Source: Glycera tridactyla
Taxonomy: Eukaryota
Direction of reading: 5' to 3'
Assembly (NCBI GenBank): GCA_965644265.1
Contig: OZ286463.1
Coordinates: 372,001 to 436,000, forward strand
DNA length: 64,000 nt
Part shown: piece after piece, positions 12,001 through 22,271 of the stretch
Layout: the number at the start of each line of letters is the position of its first letter
How positions within the stretch are numbered: the first letter of the stretch is position 1
Notes under the pieces: generated by a model
What the model saw: the letters and a program-made list of their open reading frames with translations, nothing else
The model's database searches: none
What the model was told of the DNA's origin: nothing
Translations under genes and position numbers: made by a program

Positions 12001-15000
12001 GAATGGGAGGCATATGTTGAACCAGGTAAGATACATGTATACACACACAGAACTGGCACACTAAACTCATGCTGGTTAGAATGGGAGGCATATGTTGAAC
12101 CAGGTAAGATACATGTATACACACACACAGAACTGGTGCACTAAACTCATGCTGGTTGGACTGGGAGGCAACTGTTGAACCAGGTAAGATACATGTATAC
12201 ACACAGAACTGGCGCACTAAACTCATGCTGATTGGACTGGGAGGCATATGTTGAACCAGGTAAGATACATGTATACACACACAGAACTGGCACACTAAAC
12301 TCATGCTGATTGGAATGGGAGGCATATGTTGAACCAGGTAAGATACATGTATACACACAGAACTGGCGCACTAAACTCATGCTGGTCAGAATGGGAGGCA
12401 TATGTTGAACCAGGTAAGATACATGTATACACACACAGAACTGGTGCACTAAACTCATGCTGATTGGAATAGGAGGCATCTGTTGAACCAGGTAAGATAC
12501 ATGTATACACACACAGAACTGGCACACTAAACTCATGTGATTGGAATGGGAGGCATATGTTGAACCAGGTAAGATACATGTACACACACGAAGAACTGGT
12601 GCACTGAACTCATGCTGATTGGAATAGAAGGCATATGTTGAACCAGGTAAGATACATGTATACACACACAGAACTGGCGCACTAAACTCATGCTGGTCGG
12701 AATGGGAGGCATATGTTGAACCACGTAAGATACATGTATACACACAGAACTGGCGCACTGAACTCATGCTGGTCGGAATGGGAGGCATATGTTGAACCAG
12801 GTAAGATACATGTATACACGCAGAACTGGTACACTAAACTCATGCTGGTGAGAATAGGAGGCATATTTTGAACCAGGTAAGATACATGTATACACACACA
12901 CAGAACTGGTGCACTAAACTCATGCTGGTTAGAATAGGAGGCATATGTTGAACCAGGTAAGATACATGTATACACACACAGAACTGGCGCACTAAACTCA
13001 TGCTGGTCGGAATGGGAGGCATATGTTGCACCAGGTAAGATACATGTATACACACAGAACTGGTGCACTGAACTCATGCTGGTCGGAATGGGAGGCATAT
13101 GTTGCACCAGGTAAGATACATGTATACACACACAGAACTGGCACACTAAACTCATGCTGGTTGGACTGGGAGGCAACTGTTGAACCAGGTAAGATACATG
13201 TATACACACACAGAACTGGCGCACTAAACTCATGCTGATTGGAATGGGAGGCATATGTTGAACCAGGTAAGATACATGTACACACAGAACTGGCGCACTA
13301 AACTCATGCTGGTTAGAATAGGAGGCATATGTTGAACCAGGTAAGATACATGTATACACACAAAACTGGCGCACTAAACTCATGCTGGTCGGAATGGGAG
13401 GCATATGTTGAACCAGGTAAGATACATGTATACACACACAGAACTGGTGCACTATACTCATGCTGGTTGGACTGGGAGGCAACTGTTGAACCAGGTAAGA
13501 TACATGTATACACACAGAACTGGCGCACTAAACTCATGCTGATTGGACTGGGAGGCATATGTTGAACCAGGTAAGATACATGTATACACACACAGAACTG
13601 GCACACTAAACTCATGCTGATTGGAATGGGAGGCATATGTTGAACCAGGTAAGATACATGTATACACACAGAACTGGCGCACTAAACTCATGCTGGTCAG
13701 AATGGGAGGCATATGTTGAACCAGGTAAGATACATGTATACACGCAGAACTGGTACACTAAACTCATGCTGATTGGAATGGGAGGCATATGTTGAACCAG
13801 GTAAGATACATGTATACACACAGAACTGGCGCACTAAACTCATGCTGATTGGAATAGGAGGCATCTGTTGAACCAGGTAAGATACATGTATACACGCAGA
13901 ACTGGTACACTAAACTCATGCTGATTGGAATAGGAGGCATATGTTGAACCAGGTAAGATACATGTATACACACACAGAACTGGCACACTAAACTCATGCT
14001 GATTGGAATAGGAGGCATCTGTTGAACCAGGTAAGATACATGTATACACACACAGAACTGGCACACTAAACTCATGCTGATTGGAATGGGAGGCATATGT
14101 TGAACCAGGTAAGATACATGTACACACACAGAGAACTGGTGCACTGAACTCATGCTGATTGGAATGGGAGGCATATGTTGAACCAGGTAAGATACATGTA
14201 TACACACAGAACTGGCGCACTAAACTCATGCTGGTCGGAATGGGAGGCATATGTTGAACCAGGTAAGATACATGCATACACACAGAACTGGCGCACTGAA
14301 CTCATGCTGGTCGGAATGGGAGGCATATGTTGAACCAGGTAAGATACATGTATACACACAGAACTGGCGCACTAAACTCATGCTGGTCGGAATGGGAGGC
14401 ATATGTTGAACCAGGTAAGATACATGTATACACACAGAACTGGTGCACTGAACTCATGCTGGTCGGAATGGGAGGCATATTTTGAACCAGGTAAGATACA
14501 TGTATACACACACACAGAACTGGTGCACTAAACTCATGCTGATTAGAATAGGAGGCATATGTTGAACCAGGTAAGATACATGTATACACACAGAACTGGT
14601 GCACTAAACTCATGCTGGTCGGAATGGGAGGCATATGTTGAACCAGGTAAGATACATGTATACACGCAAAACTAGTACACTAAACTCATGCTGGTTAGAA
14701 TAGGAGGCATATTTTGAACCAGGTAAGATACATGTATACACACACAGAACTGGCGCACTAAACTCATGCTGGTCGGAATGGGAGGCATATGTTGCACCAG
14801 GTAAGATACATGTATACACACAGAACTGGTGCACTAAACTCATGCTGGTCGGAATGGGAGGCATCTGTTGAACCAGGTAAGATACATGTACACACAGAAC
14901 TGGTGCACTAAACTCATGCTGATTGGAATGGGAGGCATATGTTGAACAAAGTAAGATACATGTACACACACAGAACTGGCGCACTAAACTCATGCTGGTC

Positions 15001-15490
15001 GGAATGGGAGGCATCTGTTGAACCAAGTAAGATACATTTATACACATATAGAACTGGTACACTAAACTCATGCTGGTTGGAATGGGAGGCATCTGTTGAA
15101 CAAAGTAAGATACATGTACACACAGAACTGGTGCACTAAACTCATGCTGATTGGAATGGGAGGCATAAGTTGAACAAAGTAAGATACATGTATACACACA
15201 GAACTGGCGCACTAAACTCATGCTGGTTGGAATGGGAGGCATCTGTTGAACCAGGTAAGATACATGTATACACACAGAACTGGTGCACTAAACTCATGCT
15301 GATTGGAATGGGAGGCATCTGTTGAACAAAGTAGGATACATGTATACACACACAGAACTGGCGCACTAAACTCATGCTGGTTGGACTTGGAGGCATTGGT
15401 AAAACCAGGTTAGATTCATGTACACACGGAACTGGTGCACTCAACTCATGCTGGTTGCACAGGGACGCGCTTGTAAAACCAGGTAAGATG
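8980..15490 (+). repeat. 76-78-bp minisatellite, about 85 units, each made of the 3' end of exon C (P-loop codons) + donor GTAAG + intron start
   Basis: Unit acacacagaactggcgcactaaactcatgctggttggaatgggaggcatatgttgaaccag|gtaagatacatgtat aligns with 8980-9055; length varies with CA count. Confidence 0.97.
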
Positions 15491-15659
15491 AATAGATATA
15501 AAGACAGAACTCTAGCATGATTACCACAACAGGTGAAATGTGATTCATCCTACTGAAGCTCTATGGTTGTTATATTGGGACCTATGACCAGGAGTCAAAG
15601 AGAAGGTTTGTGGAAAAGTGTAGGGATCTAAGACCTGTTTGGATGATCACGGTTTGTGT

Positions 15660-17160
15660 GTGGGGGTCCTGGAATTTCTTATGCAATCTTCTTAATCATT
15701 AGAAAAATAGGCGGCAGCACAGCAGGTTGGCAACTTCCCTATTTCAGTACACTATATGATTGGTTGTTGAATGCAGTCTGCCCTGCCATTAACTCACTCA
15801 CTCTGTTGACTTCCTTGGGGCATGACAGTGGGTGCTCCACTATTCTCGATCCTGCATCTGGGTCCTCAGCTCATTAGTGTTTGCCACATCGGCATCTTCC
15901 TTCAGAGTGGCTACCATGGTTTTGGCTGGTCATCCTTTACTTTTCCTTATATGGGTAGGTTCCCATAAGATTACTGGGGATGCTGATAGCTCTGTGTGCT
16001 GTAGACAGTGTCCTGCAAGCTTGAGTCTCCTCGCAGCTACCTTGTCTGAGACTTTTTTGGAGATCACCATAAAGGTCCTTATCGGCTATGTATTGCTGCC
16101 AGCTGATGGCAAAAATGACTCACAACATTGAGATGTAATAGCCATCAAGTGACTTTGTGTGAGCAGGAGTCCATGCCTCGCAGCCATAGAGTAATATGGT
16201 CTCATCAGCTGCTAGAAAAATCTGGGTTTTGATGTTCCTTGAAAGGTTCGAGGTCCAGATCTTCTTTAGGGTGTTGAGAACCCTCCAAGCTGAGGCTTTT
16301 CTCTCCTTGATGTCCCTTTCCGTGCTCTCCATCCTTGCTCTAAGATATTTAAAGTTTGTAACTTGTTATAGAGGGTTCCCGTTGCTGGCTAAGAGGACCT
16401 TGGTTGCTCACAATGTATGCTATATATTCTGTTTTCTCAGCATTCAGGTGTAAACCTGTCCTTTCACATTCAGCTTTCACTCTGGAAAGAAGTTGGCAGA
16501 TCATTGGAGAGGAGCACAATGTCATCCGCAAAGTGGAGGTCTGATATCTTCTCATTTTTGGTCCACCGAGATCTCCTTGGATTCAGAGTAAAGCCCAGCT
16601 CTTTGTTGTCATTGGTGGCATTTCTCCGGGCATAGTCATCAACAATGATGAACAAGAATGGAGCTAAGGTGTCTCCTTGCAGTACTCCGGCATATAGTTC
16701 AAACTCTTCTGTTGTCCCGTCAGGTGTCACTACCCTTGCCTTGGTGCCTTTGTTGGTGGCCTCAATTGCTCTCGGCAGGTTTGTTGGGATACCATAAGCC
16801 CTCAAGATCGTTATCCTTTTTCCTCTGTGTATGGAGTCAAATGCTGGTTGCGTCTCAGTTTTTGGTCTATGGCCTTCCTGATTCGATTAAGAATCAATCA
16901 GATGAAAAGTTTGAAGAGGAGACAGGTGAGGCTGATTCCAGGGTAGTTGTCAAATCTGTTAAGTGCTCCTGACTTGAATACCAGTGTGATGGTGGAGACT
17001 GACCACAGTTATGGTATCTCACCTCTCATTAGTGCGCTGTTACAAATACTGAGCAATATGTCATCGAGGTCACAGTTCTTAATGACTTCTGGGGGTATTC
17101 CATCTGGTTCTACACACAGAACTCATGCTATTACCTGTTTGGCTATTCATTGTGGCTCCC
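15660..17160 (-). pseudogene. Decayed RTE-clade non-LTR retrotransposon, RT region
   Basis: Fragments PDGIPPEVIKNCDLDDILL, GVLQGDTLAPFLFIIV, DLHFADDIVLLS and ILLYGCEAWT, with frameshifts and stops. Confidence 0.85.
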
Positions 17161-17677
17161 TGATTTGAAACCGATAGTTAGCAATGAGATTGTAGAGCCG
17201 CTCACCTGGTTTTCAATATGCTACTAGACTTTCATAAGTTCTGACATATCCACCATTTGTCTAGCAATATATTATTCTGGATGTGACTCATGATGGGATG
17301 TAGATCAGATGTGGCTTCTCATCCATATTGCATGAACTTTATGAAATCTTTTGAAGTCACGTCATCCCACAGTTTTGCTAAAGATAAATCATGTCTGGCT
17401 CACTGCTCAAGGCATCCTTTAATTGGGTGGAAGTATTGCACTTGAGAGGTGTATGAATACAGAACCTCCAAGTTGGCTGGTAGAGCCTACTTGTTCTGGT
17501 GGTGGAGCTATCCAAATTCGTGTCCAATAAGAGAATGCATCAGCCTTAAGGCAGGGCTGCTTCATTGAGAACATTGAATATATTTTCATGATTGGGAAGG
17601 CAGGTATTTGAGATTCTCCAGTACGTGTCTTGACCCTCTTGTTTGTACATGCCTTTCTCTGTGTGTGTTTGGTGCAG

Positions 17678-17849
17678 CTTATTGCGTGCGTTGATGAGTG
17701 GTAGTCATCAGTCGAGCGGGACAACACGGGAGGAGGTGACCGATGGTATAGACATTCACACCTGGTCCATCCAACATCGATCAGGAACTCGGCTCACATT
17801 CAGTGCCTGGGACTTTGCTGGGCAGACTGTCTACTACAACACACATCAG
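17678..17849 (+). CDS. Roco gene exon D, Roc switch I and switch II (G2, G3)
   Basis: ggtgcag| ... |gtactg; encodes (S)LLRALMSG...VTDGIDIHTWSIQHRSGTRLTFSAWDFAGQTVYYNTHQ; phase 2 to 0. Confidence 0.95.
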
Positions 17850-18174
17850 GTACTGTATACAGATGCACACACGCACACACACACACACGCACGCACGCAC
17901 GCACACACACACACACACAGCATGGCTCACTTTCAGTGCCTGGGACTTTGCTGGGCAGACTGTCCACTACAACACATATCAGGTACTGTATACAGATGCA
18001 CACACACACACGCACACACACACACACATACGCACACACACACACACACACGCACGCACACACTCACACACACACACACACGCACACAGCATGGCTTACA
18101 TTCAGTGCCTGGGACTTTGCTGGGTAGTCTGTCTACTACAACACACATCAGGTACGGTATACAGATGCACACAC

Positions 18175-18234
<60 letters not shown>

Positions 18235-18362
18235 GATGCCTTACAATCAGTGCCTGGGACTTGGCTGGGCAGACTGTCTACTACAACACACATCAGGTAC
18301 TGTATACAGATGCACACACACACACACACACACACGCACACACACACACACACACACATGCG

Positions 18363-18393
<31 letters not shown>

Positions 18394-18590
18394 GCACACA
18401 GCATGCCTTACAATCAGTGCCTGGGACTTTGCTGGGCAGACTGTCCACTACAACACACATCAGGTACTGTATACAGATGCACACACACACACACACACAC
18501 GCGCGCGCGTGCGCGTGAGCGGCATGGCTCACATTCAATGCCTGGGACTTGGCCTGACAGACTGTCAGGTACTGTATACAGACGCACGTA
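17790..18590 (+). repeat. Array of exon D 3' end (WDFAGQ..HQ) + donor + (CA)n; 4 full and 1 partial extra copies of about 150 bp
   Basis: cagtgcctgggactttgctgggcagactgt..caacacacatcag|gtac recurs with donors at about 17983, 18151, 18297 and 18462. Confidence 0.93.
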
Positions 18591-18615
18591 CTTATATATA
18601 TATATATATAGAGAG

Positions 18616-18650
<35 letters not shown>

Positions 18651-18900
18651 GAGACGTGGTAACAGGTCCGACTGTGATGCCGACACGACTACGAATGACG
18701 ATTTGGATCGCTCGGGCAGCGGGCGTTGCTGCGGTAACGTGACGTCACAAGTGATTGTGACGTCACAGGGTGAGCATTGTTTAGGAACCAGGTGACCCCG
18801 GACACAATCATGTTGTGACTGTGTCATGGAGATTTGTTTACTTGGTTCCCAACCCACTGGAATTTTATTTATGGGGGAATAAAATTCCAGAAATTCGTAG

Positions 18901-18925
18901 TTTCGCCATTTCTATGGCTCATCAG
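18901..18925 (-). ncRNA. Hammerhead-ribozyme-like core in the PLE-1 pLTR (second copy 24799-24823)
   Basis: Minus strand CTGATGA-gccat-agaa-atggc-GAAA; stem III and the NUH cleavage site are not canonical. Confidence 0.55.
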
Positions 18926-19526
18926 GTGTCAATGGCTCCAAAGAATAAATAAAATTTGGTTCCAGCGAAAAATGACCTTTAATCCAGTTAAGGGGTCTCA
19001 GGGTTGGGGGTCCTCTCACAAATGACGTCGTGGGAGTAGTCCCTGTCCTGGTTCACTGTGGGGGATGGGTGATCCCTTGTGGTGAATATTCTGCCATGAT
19101 ATCAGATTTATATCATTAGTCCTGATTTCAGCCAACGTGATGAGTTGGTGTTTAGGGACTACCTCATGGATAGCAAATTCAGTTATTTGTTGCCAAATGA
19201 CTGTGTTTGCTGGAGCCCCGACGTTGACAGGGTGGTCTTTTGGTCCCAGTGCCCGAATAGAGAGTTGATCCAATATGGAGAAGATGATGTCATATGCTGT
19301 ATTTATCATATGACATCGATATTTTCGCCCACACAATGGTTAGTCCAACCGTACATTGAATAAATGAATAAAACTGACGAGGCTAGTGTGCAGATGGTTT
19401 GGCCAGTGTGTGTATGCTCCTATTGCTTGCTCAAAGCATGAACATTCTGGGGTTTGTTGGTTACAAGTGATCCCAGATTGGTCATGGGGGCCCATGCGAT
19501 TATCCTTACAGACATCTGTTTTGGGT

Positions 19527-22271
19527 TCATACCCGGAATGGTACCCTTGGTTTGTCCATGGTGTTTATGCCCATGGGAAGTTGGGTCCGCAATCGGTGAA
19601 TCCACATAAATTCTGTGTCATCACGTAATGTGGCAGCTATTTTTGTGTCCGGGAATGCGTAAATGAAGTCCAAAATGTGCACTTTTACATCCTCCCTGCC
19701 CTTGTGGTTGGGGAGTTTGAAGTGTCTGCTGATGTCTGTCTGCTGTTTGGGATCTTTGGATTGGATAGTTTTCAGGTGTGCTTGAATTCTATCCATGCAA
19801 CGCAATTTCGTTTGACCCACGTATTGTTTCTGGCATGACTTGCAAGTGATGCAATAAATTAAATTAGTGCTCTTGCAAGTCACGTTTTTCCTTGAGCAAT
19901 ACATGCGACCAGTGTATGTGCTCTTGATTTTACCAGAGGTGTCTAGAATCTTGCAATATCTGCAATTTTTGGTTTTGCAGATATTCCTAGATTCACAGTT
20001 GAGTTTGCCCCCATTCCTAACAGGTTTCTGGGTCGGTAACTTCGCACGGACTAGATGATTGCGGAGGTTTTTAGGGCGTCTATAGCCATGAATAACTCTC
20101 ATTTCACTCAGTCCTCTGATGGTGCTGGAACGGCTCAGGATTCCCCAGTTTTTCGCAACTATGTCTCGCATAGCTCCAAAACCTGGGTTGTATGTGGTGG
20201 TCAAAAAGACGGTCTCGTCTTTCAACCTCTCCTTAGTGGTCGTCCTGAGTAGTTCCTCCCTGTCTAGAGTTGCTACTTTGCGGTAGGCTTCACGTAGCAG
20301 CTCTTTCGGGTAAACACGCCTAACAAAATGAAAGGTTATCATTCTGCTGTGTGTTATGAAGTCTTCCGTCCTGCTACAAATCCGTTTCAGGCGTAAGTAT
20401 TGGCTGAAAGGAACGCTGCTTTTGTTGTGTTCCGGATGTGCAGAGTCGAAGTGTAAGTAGTTATGGCTATCAGTGGGTTTGCAGTACAAATCTGTCCAGA
20501 TCATGCCATCCTGTAAATGTACAGTGGTGTCAAGAAACGGGACACTGTCCTGCGAGACCTCTGATGTGAATTTGATGGATTTGTGACTTCTGTTCAAGTC
20601 ATTCACAAATTCATCAAATTTTTCTTTCCCATGACTCCATCCCAAAAGGCAGTCATCCAGATACCTGATGAAAAAATCTGGGGCTGGGTCATGAGTGTAT
20701 ATGTGAGTAGTTTCGAAATCAGCCATGAACACATTTGCTAGGCTGGGTGCTACCTGTGTGCCCATGGCAGTTCCTCCAATCTGCAAATAATTTTTCCCAT
20801 CAAATTGGAAATTATTGAATTCAAGTATGAATTTCAGAAGATCCATTAATGATTCTGTTGTGGGTATTGCGGATTGGTCACGATGTTCTATCAAAAATTT
20901 CCTCACACTGGATATTCCCTCAGAATGGGGTATATTGGTGTAAAGACTCGTGACGTCCAAAGTTGCCAAGAAGCTACCCTCTGGCAATTTCGGTAGTTTT
21001 GATAGTATTTCGATGCAGTGCCCCGCGTCCTTTACCCAGGATTTGATTCTCGAAATATATGGTTGAATGAAATGGTCCACAAACTCAGAGATTCTCTCAG
21101 TCGGGCATTCATTCGCTGATATAATCGGGCGGCCTGGGGGTGGGATTTTCCCCTTGTGTATCTTTGGCAGTAAGTACAGTTGGGGGGTTCTCGGTTCAGA
21201 GATATGGAGATATTCAGCTGTTTTAGCTGTGATTTCGCCATCATTGATCATATTGTCAATTTTCTCTTTAATGATACCGTTGTGATAATCTGTCAGGCAT
21301 TCGGCGACTGGGCAGTAGAAGTTCTCATCGGCCAACTGGCAAAGGCCCTCCTTGGTGTAATCATCATGATTCATGATGACTACAGAAGACCCCTTGTCTG
21401 CCGGCTTGATGACAATATCTGGGTTATTTGCCAAGTCCTCAATAGCCTGTTTTTCTTCCTTGGTGAGATTCTGGATGGCGGGAGAGTGGGTTTTGAGGAG
21501 ACTCAATTCCAACTCATTGGCCATCTGGAATGCTTCAAGGGCAACAGGAGGGTTTGTGGGTGGTTCCCAGGTGGAGGGCTTCATGAATCGTCTAGATTCA
21601 AACCCTGTTTTTTTGGGAAACAACACTAGTTTTGATGCAGTTTGTGTGGGCGGCGTAGACGACGGCGAGTTCAGGTCGTTGACCCCCGGTCCAGACTGTG
21701 GTGAAATTTGATATTCAAAATCTAGGAATGCAGCCCGTGCAGACTGTAGATCAGCCTTTTTGATTTTTTCTCTATCAAAGAAAGCTCTGAGTCTCAGAAG
21801 TCTGTGGAACTTGTCCAAATCCTTCCTCAACTCGAGCATATCTGGTTCACCTGGTGTTGGACAGAAGTTCAGCCCCTTCGCAAGAAGTGTGTGCTGATCT
21901 GGTGTGAGTGTGTATGTAGATAAATTCACAACACTTGGTGCAACATCCTCTGAAAAAGAAAACAAAGATTTGACCTGTCTTTCTACTTCAGATTTATTCT
22001 GGGGTGCAGAAATGCGGATGTTGTTATTGGTATTCTGATTCCAAATGTCCTGAGATTCATGTTGAGAGATAGTTGGGATCAGTCTATCAATATTGGCAAT
22101 AGCTTGGCTTTCAAGTGAACAGTCAATCTTATGCGGGTGGGCAGCAGAAGAGTCCCGCGCCGGCCGGGGTGAATGGCTGGGAGTGGGAGTCAGTTCTTTG
22201 CCGAGAATGTGGGTATGTGTATCTGGTAATATACATACTTTGGGTTGTGTCTCACTAGATGGGGCAATCAC
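19527..22271 (-). CDS. PLE-1 ORF2: reverse transcriptase + GIY-YIG endonuclease (Neptune-like Cys-rich linker); start uncertain
   Basis: VVNLS..KGLNFCPTP, KPADKG, LPKIHK, LDVTSLYTNIP, QIGGTAMGT, RYLDD, then NLIYCITCKSCQKQYVGQT. The track start is GTG and no ATG precedes VVNLS. Confidence 0.95.
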   Translation of the reverse strand: MIAPSSETQPKVCILPDTHTHILGKELTPTPSHSPRPARDSSAAHPHKIDCSLESQAIANIDRLIPTISQHESQDIWNQNTNNNIRISAPQNKSEVERQVKSLFSFSEDVAPSVVNLSTYTLTPDQHTLLAKGLNFCPTPGEPDMLELRKDLDKFHRLLRLRAFFDREKIKKADLQSARAAFLDFEYQISPQSGPGVNDLNSPSSTPPTQTASKLVLFPKKTGFESRRFMKPSTWEPPTNPPVALEAFQMANELELSLLKTHSPAIQNLTKEEKQAIEDLANNPDIVIKPADKGSSVVIMNHDDYTKEGLCQLADENFYCPVAECLTDYHNGIIKEKIDNMINDGEITAKTAEYLHISEPRTPQLYLLPKIHKGKIPPPGRPIISANECPTERISEFVDHFIQPYISRIKSWVKDAGHCIEILSKLPKLPEGSFLATLDVTSLYTNIPHSEGISSVRKFLIEHRDQSAIPTTESLMDLLKFILEFNNFQFDGKNYLQIGGTAMGTQVAPSLANVFMADFETTHIYTHDPAPDFFIRYLDDCLLGWSHGKEKFDEFVNDLNRSHKSIKFTSEVSQDSVPFLDTTVHLQDGMIWTDLYCKPTDSHNYLHFDSAHPEHNKSSVPFSQYLRLKRICSRTEDFITHSRMITFHFVRRVYPKELLREAYRKVATLDREELLRTTTKERLKDETVFLTTTYNPGFGAMRDIVAKNWGILSRSSTIRGLSEMRVIHGYRRPKNLRNHLVRAKLPTQKPVRNGGKLNCESRNICKTKNCRYCKILDTSGKIKSTYTGRMYCSRKNVTCKSTNLIYCITCKSCQKQYVGQTKLRCMDRIQAHLKTIQSKDPKQQTDISRHFKLPNHKGREDVKVHILDFIYAFPDTKIAATLRDDTEFMWIHRLRTQLPMGINTMDKPRVPFRV

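Noticed and set aside
8980-15490. Possible CRISPR-like array or repeat-protein gene
   Set aside because: No unique spacers, eukaryotic context, and the unit is a copy of the adjacent exon end.
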